Notes under the pieces: model-generated
Databases searched by the model: none
Told to the model about the DNA's origin: nothing
The model's input: only the letters and a program-made list of their open reading frames with translations
From: Camelus ferus
Lineage: Eukaryota
Direction of reading: 5' to 3'
Assembly (NCBI RefSeq): GCF_009834535.1
Contig: NC_045697.1
Location: 73,410,001-73,474,000 of the forward strand
Length of the DNA stretch: 64,000 nucleotides
Shown here: positions 1 through 12,260 of the stretch, piece by piece
How the letters are laid out: every line of letters starts with the position of its first letter
Numbering within the stretch: the first letter of the stretch is position 1
Program-made: the position numbers and the translations under genes

Positions 1-815
1 CATTCTTATCCCAAGGATAGAAAGTTGTGTTCTATAAAGAACACCTTACTACACTAGGAAATTGACTATTTCTATATAAAAAATTAGATGTTTAGTCTTT
101 CAAGAAATGCAGTATACCTTAATTTAAAAACAGATGCTATTAAAAATTATACATTTAATTCCTCTTTTTGACATTTGGAAGATAGAAGGATTCATGTATT
201 ATTATTTTGGGGGGAGGGACCATAAATGTTCATCTACAACTAAACAAAACTTCGTTTTCCCTCGTCTACACAACCTTTATAAAGTAGGGCAGAGAAGAAG
301 CTGGTTTGCCAGATTCTAAACACAGGAAAACCATTGCACCTAAATTTAGAATTTTTAAAAATCTCTTTCCACATTCCAATTTGGCTTTGAGAAAAACTGA
401 ATTCTTGAGCTGCACTTTAAAAGTTATTCTTTTTTTTTTTTTTCCTCTTTCTAGGCTTGGGAGCATGGTAACACTGTTTGTTTATATAGCACTTTATGTC
501 ATTATATGTGTTAAGTCTGATCCTACAGAGGAAGTAGGCTGTTATAAAGTCAGCCAAGGTATATTCATTGGATTTGATGCAAGGAGTAGAATGGTAGAAT
601 GAGAAGAAGAAAATTATTTTATCCCATTAAGGAATAACATAGAGGAAATAGTCCCTCTTGCATGTTTTCTTGGCCTATCAGCTTGGAAGTGTTTAAGTAT
701 GAGAAGACTGGGAATAACTTGTTGACCACAATAAATATTTCCAACATTCAAACCCTAGTTTTTCCCACTCAAAAATATGCATGAGCTCAGTTACCTGAAA
801 GGTCTTTCTCCTCTT

Positions 816-1310
816 GTACCAGTTAGCTATTGCTGTGTAACAATCCTTCCCACCCTGCCCACATCCCCCCACCATCCCCAACCAAAAAAAAAAAAAAAAA
901 AAAAGAAAGAAAGAAAAAAGAAAAAGCTCTCAGAAGCTTAAAATTAGGCATATATTGTTTCTCATGCATCTATATAAATCAGCTGGGTGGTTTTTCTGGT
1001 CCTAGCTAGGCTCACTCATGCACCTGTGGTTAACTATAGGTCAAGTAAGTAGTTCTGGTGAGCGAGGCTGGGCAAATTGACCACGTGATCAATTGAACAC
1101 CTGATCAATTTGCTGTAAGCTAGTCTTGGTCACTGATCTTGCATCAGGCCAGCCCAAACTTAAGGCAGAGGCAGAGTCCCATGAGCAGAAGTGCACAAGG
1201 CCCTGTGTGGCCTAGGCTCAGAACAGGCACACCTCCACTTCCGCCTCATTCCTGGCCCAGATTTAAAAGATGCAAGTGAGACTGCACTTACTGATGGAGA
1301 AGCTGCAAAG
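816..1310 (-). mobile_element. MaLR LTR (MLT1-like)
   Basis: Starts TGTACCAGTTAGCTATTGCTGTGTAACAA, the reverse complement of an MLT1 LTR 3' end. MLT1-like body follows, with an A-rich insert at about 884-925. Confidence 0.7.
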
Positions 1311-1319
1311 CCATTTGTT

Positions 1320-2372
1320 TCAGGTTCTCCAAAACAAAGCAGCTTAAAACAGTCATATTATGTTTCTCACAGATTCTGTGAGTCAGGAACTTGGACAGAA
1401 TCAGTGGCTCATCTCTACCCCACTGTGTCAGGGAAGACTTTGAAGCCTAGGAGTGACTTGGCATCTGGGTGCCAGAATTATCTGAAGGCTCCTTAACTCA
1501 CATGTCAGGGACCTGGGCTGAGGTCCCTGGGAGTACTGGATGGGGAGCCCATGTGTAGCCTCCCCCTTGTGGTCAAGCTTTCTCACAATACAGCAGCCAA
1601 AAGGTCAGACTCATTACATGGTAGTTCAGGCCGCCAGGCCAGGGCTCCACAGCAGAAGCTGCATCGCCTTCTATGACACAGTCTTGGAAGTCATACAGCA
1701 AAAATTGCACCATACTTTATTGGTCTAGGTGATCACAAGCCTGCCTGGACTCAAGGGGAGAGGAATCAGCTTCCACCTCTGGATAGCAAAGTGCCAGAAC
1801 CACACTGTCGGGACAGGACGTATTGTTGCAGTCATCTTAGAAACATACAATCTGCTCTAATCCGTGCTCTAGCCACAGCAGTTCACACGACCCCACATGC
1901 AAAATACACTCATCTCGTTCCTCAAAACCCCCATTATGGTAGTCCAGTAGCTTGTTATCTACACTGGGTCCAGCTGTGGATGAGGCTGATTTGGTACAGT
2001 GCCTTGAGCTCCTGGACTAGAGCCCCTCTGGTTCTCTGATTCTAGGGATCTGTGATCTAACAAGTCTCCCTGGCAGGCTACCCTGGAACAATGCTCTTAA
2101 GATTCTTAGGAGCCCTAGTTTTTAACAGAAACCATCTAGAAGTCATGCCCTTAAGTCCTTAGAAAGATGGTCATCTGTTTGAAGGGTCTATGAAGTATGT
2201 CTCTTAATCTTTTTGCAGTCTTAACAAAGGGTTATATCATCAGACCCTTGGCTTTACCCAGACCCTAATAGTTGAAACAGTTATGGGAACCTCTTGATGG
2301 GACAGTGGCAAGATCACATTATGGAAGAACATACAATAGAGGAGATATTGTTGGAAAATAAAACCTGCCACA
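1320..2372 (-). mobile_element. MaLR remnant: MLT1 LTR, partial internal region and partial second LTR
   Basis: GCAGCTTAAAACAG...TCTCACAGATTCTGTGAGTCAGGAACTTGG LTR ends near 1856 (ACAATCTGC). MLT-int-like sequence follows, then an LTR end GGAAAATAAAACCTGCCACA at 2372. Confidence 0.65.
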
Positions 2373-2449
2373 AAAGTGATACCAGGAGGCCATGAACTGG
2401 ATAAAATAGCAATGAAATTAATTTACCACACCCTTCCTGTAAAATAATT

Positions 2450-3330
2450 CATCTATTTTTTATACAAATATTTGTAGAGTGTCTTCTCTGTTTCAGGTAG
2501 AGTTATGGGCACTAGAAGTAAAGTAATAAACAAACAGACAAACGTTCTACCCTCATTGTTCTTTATAGTCTCATCAGGGGCCAGCAATAAATAATAAGCA
2601 TAATATATAGTATATTAGATAGTGATACATACAAAGAAGGAAAAAACACACAGGAAGGGAGACAGAAAGCACACATGGTGGATTGCCATGTTAGATAGTA
2701 TTACTAGGAAAGGCCTCACTTACACAAAAATATTGGAGCAAAGACCTAAAGGAGGTGAGAGAGTGAGCCACATAGACGCTGGAGGAAGAGGACTCCAGGT
2801 AGAAAGCACAGGAGGTGCCAAGTTCCTAAGGCAGTAGTGGGCCTGGCATGTGCTGAAGGAATAGCGATGGACTGAGGAAGTGGTAGGAAACGAGGTCCCA
2901 GTGGGAATGTGGGCCATGTTATGTAGGGAACTATTGGCCATGGTCAGTGATTTGGCATTGACTCTGAGAGAGGGGGGAAGCAATTGATGGATTTTTAGCT
3001 CATAAATGAAATGAAGTAACTCCCCCTTTAACAGACTCACTCTGGCTCCTTTGTTGAGAACAGACTAATGGAAGCATGGACCGCATAGGGAACCTGGTTC
3101 AGAAGCAACTGAAATCATACAGATAAATGGGCTAAGATAGTAGCAATGATGGTGATGAGAAGTCATCTGATCCTGCATGTATTCTGAGGATGGGAACAAC
3201 AGCTCCTGATGAGGTAGGGGCTGTAGACTATAAGAAAAGAGTCAAGGATGATGACAAAATCTTTGGGTTGAACAACTGGGTAGATTTACTGGAAAGATGA
3301 AGCTGGGAAAGTACGAATAGAAAAGGAGGG
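2450..3330 (-). mobile_element. L2 LINE 3' fragment
   Basis: ACAAATATTTGTAGAGTGTC... followed by a typical antisense L2 body (GGAAAGGCCTCACT, GAGTGAGCCACATAGAC, GGAGTCAAGGATGA-like). Confidence 0.8.
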
Positions 3331-4467
3331 CTAGGTGCCTGAATGTTCTGCTGAGATTTAAAAGGAGCATCTGATTCAAAAATTGATTCTTCTTTGCAAG
3401 ACCAAAAATACCTGTGAGTTGTTTGTTTAACAAACAAGGACATAGATAAATGAGTTGTATCCTTTGAGAAAAAGGAAAGCTGTCCTCACCCAGTATTATG
3501 TCAAACAAGACAGCTCAGGAGTCTCTCCAGCAGCTCGTGTCTTTCCCACACTTCAAGGATCCCCTTGTGAATGGTTTCCACGAGCTAAAATTTTCACCTA
3601 GGCTCCCATCCTTTTTATCTTGAATATTTTCAGCTTCCAAATAGCTAGGGTTCTTAAGATGTCAAAAAGCTTTCTGGGTGAGCATAGCCTTGTCATAAAT
3701 GGGAAACTTTGAGGTATAAATGCTGAAAGGGACAACTCTTTAATTGCATTGATTATTATCAGCTGTCAGTCAATGGTACTTACCCCACCTGCTGACTAAT
3801 CCCAAAGCACATTTATCCTAGACAAAAGCAAAGGTGAAACGCAACAGGCTGACAGTTTCAGCTGTTAACAATAGTCATTAATTAACCATTTGGCAGAAGA
3901 GCTTCTGACTATTCACTGAAACCTTATTGTTATTATCAACACATTTCTTGGGGACCCAGCAAGTTCTCAGGGTCCAAAAATGACATAAAATGCAGCCACT
4001 GTTGTTGCATGGTTTACAATCTATTAAAACACACAAATTTTTCAGGTGTCTACGTTTGCTCAAGGTCCTAGTCTGTAATACGGAGAGAGAGAGAACATCA
4101 AAGACAAGAGAAGACAAAAAGAGGAAAAGAGAGTTCACTATGTTTACATGAAGAATATGTTTACCTAAAAGCTTCTAAGTGATGTGTTGATGAAAGTGAC
4201 TTATCTGTGAGATCCAGTTCTATCAGTGAGAACTTTCTTTCCTCAAAATTTGCTGCTGCTTATGTCATTCTAAAAGTGTTACTCTTGACATGCAGAAAAG
4301 ACACTAATGCAACGTTTAATGGCAAAAATAGAAGCTTAAAGTAATAGAGGAAGCAGTAGAAGGAAGAATGAAAGCACCATGAAGAGGACTATGATTGCAA
4401 ATTCCCAGGACTTAGGAAGGAGACTGGCACACAGCAGGTACTCTATATTAATATTTCCTAAAGGATA

Positions 4468-4502
4468 TGGATGGATGGATGGATGGATGGATGGATGGAT
4501 GG
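4468..4502 (+). repeat. (GGAT)n microsatellite
   Basis: Directly visible tetranucleotide repeat after an L2/MIR-like 3' end. Confidence 0.95.
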
Positions 4503-4829
4503 AGACATGACTAAATTGAATAAAGACATTCAAAACTGCAATTATGAAATTTAGACCAAAAATCTTCACTTGGGACATGGGAGTGGGAAATTTTCCTTTA
4601 ATTAGTTAGTGACAGAACTATATGAATCGTGCTCTCTGGTTCACAGTCTCCTCACCTTGTAAAGAAGATAATTGGATATTTAAGGTGATTTTCTCTGTCT
4701 AAAATAAGCAACAGAGATAATGATGATTTTTAATTTTTTGAAACATTCATCTGTGGTTCATCTCTGAACCAGTAAATTGGGAAATTTTATAAAAAACAAT
4801 ATTAGTTCTAACTTACACATTAATTCGGT

Positions 4830-5000
4830 TTCAAATTTCACAATCCTAGAAGGTAAGATATCATTATATGCCTCATTATACAGATGAGGAAACTGAGGTT
4901 TAAATAGGTAAATATTTTGCTAAGGTCATAGAGGAGGGCATGGTAGAGCTGGGACTTGAAATCAGACCTGTCTAATTCTGATTCCTATGATCTTAACTGT
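4830..5000 (-). mobile_element. MIR SINE
   Basis: Core CATTATACAGATGAGGAAACTGAGG...AAGGTCATA...GAGCTGGGACTTGAA. Confidence 0.85.
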
Positions 5001-5389
5001 TATCTGTTATTTCATACAGCTTATTTTGTAAGAATTGTGTGTGTACGTGTGTGTATGTAAAGTGTCCATTATTTGAGAAGAGGTGCAAATTTGCTTCCTG
5101 ACACCCAGGCAGATCATCAGTGTTGCTGGGCTGGACACAGGATTAGGACGAGGAGGTTCCATCAAGCATGAAGCAAGGCAAAGATAAACATCCTGTGTCA
5201 GTGTGTATAGGAGTCAGCCACAAGCAAGAGGACAGACAACGGGGCACACAGAACTAAAATACAGGATATTTTTGATGGATTGAGGAGAAGGAGGACAGTT
5301 TGAAATCCTGGAAAGTGGACAGAAATTAGGAAATACATCAGAATAGAAAGAGTCAGACAGCAGCAAGCAGGAGAGCAGAGCCCACAATA

Positions 5390-5800
5390 GTGTCCGGAGC
5401 TCTTCATCACTGAAGCGCATCCCTCCCTTGGGGGACTCTGTACCACTGCACTTAGCGGGCGCAAACTCTGGATTGCAGCACTAGGCACAGCATGAAGAAG
5501 CAGAATTGGCAGCTCTGGGCTAAGGGGACAGGGGATCAGTAGCAGCTGCTGGTGAGCGGCTCCTGACACCTTAGCGTGCCGTCTTCGCTCTTGAGAGCTT
5601 CCGCTATCTGTTCAGTACCTCTTGCAGGAGGAAATTGGCTCGGCAGCCTCTATCGTAGCTTCCCAGCTGGAAGAGTGCAATTACAGATTGCTGGAGTCCA
5701 CCACGGCTGACAGGCTCTTTCTTTTTTTCCCCTGTCAGGAAGAAGTGACTCATAGCAACCGTATACTGGTGTCATATATATGGCTCTGTCCGCCCCAAGC
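5390..5800 (-). promoter_or_regulatory. Candidate RNA polymerase II promoter and first exon (minus strand)
   Basis: Repeat-free and CpG-enriched. On the minus strand: GC box GGGGCGGAC (about 5796-5788), TATATATG starting at 5780, Inr-like TCACTTC (5748-5742). AP-1 site TGACTCA at 5746-5752. Confidence 0.45.
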
Positions 5801-5869
5801 CTGTGACCCTTCCCCTGCCACACTCACCACCGATGTGCATCTACTTTCCTATTTCTACATTTCAAGTTG

Positions 5870-6900
5870 CTGGTATTGGCAAGACATTGTGATAGGTGGA
5901 GGATATGAAAAGATGAATGAGATCTTTTTCCTGCCTTTGAGGAGTTCACAATCCATAAAAAAGAGAAGCATATAAACCAATAATCACAGCTAACAGGTAT
6001 GGGGCACTGTAATAAGGTGTGATTACTCAGGGCAGGTGCTATTATGTCCATTGTATGTATTACCTCATTTAATCCTCAAACCCACCCTATGAGGTAGGGG
6101 CTGTCTTAGCCTTCTCCCTTCATAGATCACAAACCTGCAGCATGGAGGGGCTAAATCAATCACTCAAGGTTATTCAACTCATAAAAGTCAGAACCAGAAT
6201 TTTAAACCAAACAGTATGGCTACCAAGCCTGGTTTTTAAAGATAATGATGTACTGCATCCTCACAATGACAGAATGACTGAATCCAGTGATAAGGGCAAG
6301 AAGTGAGACAGGCAGAAGGGGCAAGAGGGCCACGTGAAAAGTGCAGATTTTGGAGCATGTGGGGTTCTGTCAACTGTCTTGTGACTCTGGACACATTCCT
6401 CAAATGTTCTGGGTCTCAAGTTATCCGCGGAGAGAACCTTCAAGTGTTGTTGTAAGGACAAGAAGACATCAAAAATACGACCACAGTGCGTGGCACATAT
6501 TCAGTACCTCATGAATGATGCTCGCAATTTGTCGTGGCTGTGGTTGCTATTTCGTTATCAGCGTGATGACATATGTAAGTGTTGTGGAGACAAAAGCGAC
6601 CGATTCTGTCTGAGTGAGCAGGGAAGGGGCTGTAAGGAAGGACTGTGAGGCTCGCCAAAGCAGGTGGCATCTGAACTGTGTCTAGAACGATCAGCAGCGA
6701 TTTTCTAGCCAGATAGGGAGTAGGACAGCATTCTAATTAAACGCAACAACATGTTTGGGAAATATCAAGTTTTTTGGTGTGGATCATTTATGGGGGTGGG
6801 GGGAGTGGCAGGAGATGACACTATGACGATTTGGAGACAAATCATGAAAGGCCTTCCAAATCATTGAAGTTAGCCCTGAAGACATACAATGCTAAAGGTT
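5870..6900 (-). mobile_element. L2 fragment interrupted by two MIRs (about 6050-6240 minus, about 6330-6520 plus)
   Basis: L2-like CCTGCCTTTGAGGAGTTCACAATC at about 5930 resumes at about 6570. MIR cores CTCATTTAATCCTC and GTGCGTGGCACATA lie in between. Confidence 0.6.
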
Positions 6901-7689
6901 ATATGGTAACTCAGCAGTTTTCTGGATCTTTCTAAATTAGTTTTTTTTTTTTTAAATAGAGTAATGTCCTTTCTTTCTTCTAAATATTTTAAAACACATT
7001 AAGACTGCTCCATAACACAGGTATAGTGTTTCAACAGCCAGCAAAACTTAGTTGCATTTTCCCCGAGTTAGCACATGTCCCCCTCTTCTGTCTACAGTTT
7101 ATGAGCAAATCAACTAGTGTATAGAGGGGGATGATGAAGAAACGTGGCAGAAATGTTCCCTTTAATTACTTGCTGGAACTGTTGCCTTTACTGATCACCT
7201 ACCTTTGACCCCAGACAAAAACTGTTAAAACTCATTGCCCCTCAAATTGGATAAAAACCCATTTCCTGGTTGTTGTTAAAATTAATTCTTTCTGAGAAGG
7301 GTGAGTAACCTATACAGAGAGGACAAAACTCTTGCTTGCATGACTTGCCCAGACTTGTGTGGCATCATTTACTATCTATGTTTCCAAGATTAAAACAAAA
7401 CAAAAACATGCCAAGAAATAAAAACTTCACCAATAAAATAGTTTTTGAAACAGTTAGTGAGTAAAATAAGTATATGAATTTTCTGAAGATTGAAGAAGTG
7501 GGAAAGCAAAATGCTATTGTTTCCTTTGGGCTTTAGTCAGAGGGTTCATCTCAACTGCGGTGGTCTTGTGGCCATGCCTGAAACCCAACGAGGAAATCCC
7601 ACCTGCTCTTGCTGGAAGGTAGGATTGTCAAGACTGCAATTGGACAACTAGTTGACTTTTCAGCCCTTACTGCTCTTGTAAATGATTCT

Positions 7690-8990
7690 CATTTCATCAC
7701 CTTCCTTTTCTCACGTGGCCCTGGAGTTCACAAAATGATTACATAGTAGATAGTTGTATAACTTGATACAACTGCTTATTTACTATTCTATCAGAGATAT
7801 CGTAGTTGTTTTAATGAAATACCAGATAATCTGGATTACTCAGAGGAATGCCTAGCACTTTGAGGGAACAGAGGTTTATTCGACTATTCCTTAGTGAAGA
7901 AAGTTACAACATACCATCCTTTGTGCTTCCTTTTCTGGGGTTTGCAGACTACAAGATTAATCTTTTCTTAGAAGTTCATCAGGCTAACTCCTTAACCATT
8001 TTTATTGCCCATCTTATCTCAGATGTGTTTCTTCCCATTTTCCTAAATTTGGGTGCATTGATAAATACCAAATTGGTTTCATTATTTAAACCCTAGTCTC
8101 ATTAGAACTTTATAGAGACAGTGTTTTCCTCTCGTTGTAAAGTGAAAATTCAATATAGCTAGTCCTCAAATACTGTATTAGTTTTTAATTCCATTACATT
8201 ATTACTAAAGTCAAATCTTCTGTAAGAAGACATTAAATTCTTTCTGAACATTACATATGCCTTGCTTCTCCTTCCATAGAATGACTATTTAAAAAGTTTT
8301 TATACCCGTTGTATCATCTGATTTTTTAAGTAAAAAGTTATTTTTTTCTCACATTCACTTTTTCCTATCATTTATCCATCTTGTCATTATACATACTAAC
8401 AGCACCCTTCAATTTAGTACCATCTGCAAATTTCATTAACATATTGTTTACTCCCATCTCCAGGGGATTAATGTGGATAATAAACATGATTATACCTAAC
8501 ATCAATCCCTTCAGGACTTGGTTGGATATTTCTTTGATAAAAAAAATAGCATTATTCATCATTATTCCTCATTTGTAGTTTTTCTATCCATTTTCTTTTT
8601 TGGTGGCATGAGAATGTTCAATGCAACTTAATTTTAACATTTCAGTGACTATCTAAGATGACTAAAATCAAATATGTTCTTCCTGCTGCATTTCTCACAT
8701 TCATTAAGGATAATTCTGTAAAAATTATTGGCAACCTCATTGACCTGTAAAATTAATCTGTAAATCCAAGTTATCTTTGAAACATGATGCATTTATCTTG
8801 GAGGGGTTTAAAGGTCTACAAAGCTTTTTTAGGACTTTATAATATTGCTGGTCTTCTTAAAGTCAGTCTGAGAGGCACCATTTATATTTCATTTTCAAAT
8901 ATTAATTCCTAGGCAACTTAAGACATACTTGTGTTTTTTGGTGATATGAATATGAACATACTTCAGTAGAATTCAGTTGGCTTTCCACTC
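7690..8990 (-). mobile_element. Ancient CR1/L3 LINE ORF2 (RT and C-terminal region) fossil
   Basis: ORF 8562-8368 reads EISNQVLKGLMLGIIMFIIHINPLEMGVNNMLMKFADGTKLKGAV, resembling CR1 RT SGVPQGSVLGPVLFNIFINDL..KFADDTKLGG. Downstream RWAIKMVKELA resembles RRATKMI.GLE. Many stops and frameshifts. Confidence 0.8.
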
Positions 8991-9452
8991 CATTCTAATT
9001 TTACTTGCCTTCTAATTTGAATGATTGTGAGAAATACCTCTCCCAGTTGAGGCAGATGGAAAGAGGGCCATGTGTATTACTACTTTCAGTACATTTTCCC
9101 ATAACAGAACAGATATTCACACAGTAAATACTAGTATAGCCTTCGTTTTTTTTGTTTGTTTGTTTGTTTTTAAGTTGGCCTCCATTTTATTGGTCACACA
9201 TGGAATAGTAATCAATTAGTGTTTTTTTCTATCTCCCCTGCAGTACAGAGATTTAAATTATCTAATCAAAGGCCATGTAGAAATGATAATTTAAATGAAA
9301 ATGTCCCCTATATAGCTGCCAAGATGTTCCTAACACATAACTTGAGTCATATGATTATGAAGTAATTCCCATAACAACAAAATTTGTTTAATTTAATCAA
9401 ATACTCTCATTTCATCAGAAGTTCTATCATTACACATGAAGAAGTTTGACAC

Positions 9453-9960
9453 TGTAGTAGTCATTTTCCTATGTCCCATTTCTCTTCCTCAACCAGATTA
9501 AGCCAACTCATCATCTAATTTCACTCTTTTTAGGGATGGGGAGGACTAAGGCATTGTGGGCCCATGAAAGGGTAGAAGACACTTGCTAGTGGTTCTGGGA
9601 AAGGAGTCCTTTCTCAGGAATTCAGTATCTTCTCTCTTCACTCCCTGACTTCTCCTCATCACCCCTTGACTTCTCCCATCCCAAGCCATGTGACTAGGCA
9701 CAAAGCCCAGATTACCACTGGCAGCAAACTTGCCACAATAGAGGAACCTGAGACTGGACTCTGAATGTGGCAAGCCAAGTAGACAGAAAGAACCTGGTCC
9801 ACGTGATTCCACTGAACCAGTGAAAGAACCTGAGACCTACCCCGCAGAACAGCATAGCCTAGCTCTGGTCTTGCTCATTTACAAACACACAAATGCCCTT
9901 TCTCTAAAAGTCTATCCAAAGAGGATTTCTGTTACACAGAGCCAAAAGCTCATTTAGATA
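9453..9960 (+). mobile_element. Old MaLR LTR (MLT1K/L-like)
   Basis: TGTAGTAG start, AGACAGAAAGAACCTGG motif, and TTCTGTTACACAGAGCCAAAAGC end typical of old MLT1. Confidence 0.6.
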
Positions 9961-10151
9961 TTAAGCATATACTTTGTGAGCTTAAACTGAGCAGGAGAGT
10001 GAACATTCTGTATAGAATCTGGTAAGCATCTAGATGTTTGTTCAGATTAGACATGAAAATCAAACTTTTTCAGCTTAATGCATATTCTATACCACAAATG
10101 CCTAGTAAGGAGAAGTTCTATAACCAGTCCAAGGTCAGAGAGTTAGTAAGT

Positions 10152-10310
10152 GCAGAGTTACCATATGATCCAGTAATCCCACTCCTGGAGAAAACTCTAA
10201 TTCAAAAAGACACATGCACCCCAATGTTCACAGCAGCACTATCTACAATAGCTAAGACATGGAAACAGCCTAAATGTCCATCAACAGATGACTGGATAAA
10301 GAAGATGCAG

Positions 10311-10371
<61 letters not shown>

Positions 10372-10850
10372 ATACTACTCAGCCATAAAAAGAATGAAAT
10401 AATGCCATTTGCAGCAACCTGGATGGACCTAGAGATTATCATATTAAGTGAAGTAAGTCGGACAGAGAAAGACAACTATCATATGATGTCAATTATATGT
10501 GGAATCTAAAAAAAAAAAAAATGCAAATTTTATTTACAAACCAGAAATAGACTCATGGACATAGAAAACAAACTGGTTACCAGCAGGGAAACAGGGAGTA
10601 TAGATTAGGAGTTTGGGATTAATAGATACATATTAATACATAGAAAATAGATAAATAGTAAGGACCTACTATATAGCACAGAGAACTATATAGTAGTTCT
10701 CTATATTCAATTTCTTGTAATGAGCTGTAATGGAAAAGAAGCTATATATATATATATATACATATATATATGCATATGTATAACTGAATCACTTTGCTGT
10801 ACACATGACACTAACATTGAAAATTGACTACACTTCAATAAAAAAATAAG
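10152..10850 (+). mobile_element. L1 LINE, 5'-truncated (ORF2 C-terminus and 3'UTR)
   Basis: Translates ELPYDPVIPLL..KDTCTPMFTAALSTIAKTWKQPKCPSTDDWIKKM, the L1 ORF2 C-terminus. 3'UTR ends in AATAAAAAAA. Confidence 0.95.
10314..10369 (+). repeat. (CA)n microsatellite inside L1
   Basis: Directly visible. Confidence 0.95.
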
Positions 10851-12039
10851 AATTTTTTAAAAGTAAAGAGTCTTTTGAAAACATACTTAACTCATTTGTC
10901 TTGAAATTGGAGATTTTGTATGTTGTACCTTCTTATTGTGGGAAATGAGGTGCTGTGATTCAGCAGAATCCTATGAAGTGTTGTGGACCAGAGGTCACGG
11001 ATCACCCTCACATGAAGCTCCCTTATCCAGTGACCCAGGATCATGTTACCAAGAGAAATGAATTTTAACTTATATAATATTTTATCATATCTTCCTTATA
11101 AGCAACTTTCTTCATCTTTCAAATAAGAGATTTCCAAAGGCCTGGGGCAAAGTTTATCATAAACTTTCTGGTCCACAGGAAAAAAAAGTTCATGTGCAGG
11201 TGGTCTGGCTCCAGAGCCCGTGCTCTGGACCCTTACCTGGCACTGCCCCGCCTCCCCCGCACAAAGAGAGAGGACGCTTCAGGATGTGGACAAGTGAGCT
11301 CAAGATAGAGGAGGGCCCAAAGCAGGTATTGTCTGAAATAATGGGAGTGAAGCGTTTCAGAAGGAGGGGAGCCATCATCAATATGAATCACAGCAGAAAA
11401 GCCAAGTACACAAAGAAACTAAAATTAAGCCTTTCTAGGAATTGAATTTTACTCATCTTCTTTGAAAAGCCAGGTACTCTAGTTAGTTGCTGAAGTATCA
11501 GTCTTGGGTAGTGACTTAAATAATAAATGAGGAGGGTGGAAAGCAAAAATAACACATACTTGATTCCAGAGGTAACTAAAATTGTTATTATTATTATTAT
11601 TATTTTACCTACATCAGAACCCCAATATGGACTCTTTTTCATCTCTAAATCTTCTGTAGGTGTCTTCCAAAATGTTCTCTGGGAGCCTTCCTACATCTCT
11701 CAGGATCTGTATATATGTCGGTGCGGCAGTTATATACATGTTGGAAGGAACCTGTCACTTTATCCTGAACTAAAATCTAAATTTCCTTTGACAAAATGTT
11801 CCAGCTGGACTTTTCTTCCATACAAACGTGTTTGGCCTTATTAGGGAAGATTCTTAGCTAACCGTGTATTTGCTCTTGTACGTACAGTCGAAGAGTTGCA
11901 CTGTGCAGTCACATCACTCTGACATCTAAGCAAAAAGGCAGGTGGTTATGAGGCACTCAGGACAACCAGATACCTGGAATTCCACAGGAAGAAAAATATG
12001 ATTACTCTGAGATGGAGAATAAGTAATGGAAATAACCAG

Positions 12040-12260
12040 TGTCTATAGTGGTCTAGTTGACCTCAGTTGGAATTCTGTTCTGCTATTTGTCAGCTATATG
12101 ACATTGGAAATTTCCTTAACCTACCTGGGATTCAGGTTTGTCTTCAGCAAAATGAGGGAAATAATAACTTACCTTGCAATACTGTTGTCATGATCAGCCA
12201 CACAATACAGGGCCTGATACGTACTGTGTGTTTAGTAAGTGATAGTCATTATTGTACATA
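12040..12260 (+). mobile_element. MIR SINE
   Basis: GCTATATGACATTGG...CAGCAAAATGAGGGAAATAATAAC core. Confidence 0.7.

Noticed and set aside
8368..8562. Functional or domesticated reverse-transcriptase gene
   Set aside because: The catalytic DD is changed to DG and the flanks are full of stops and frameshifts. Kept only as a fossil.
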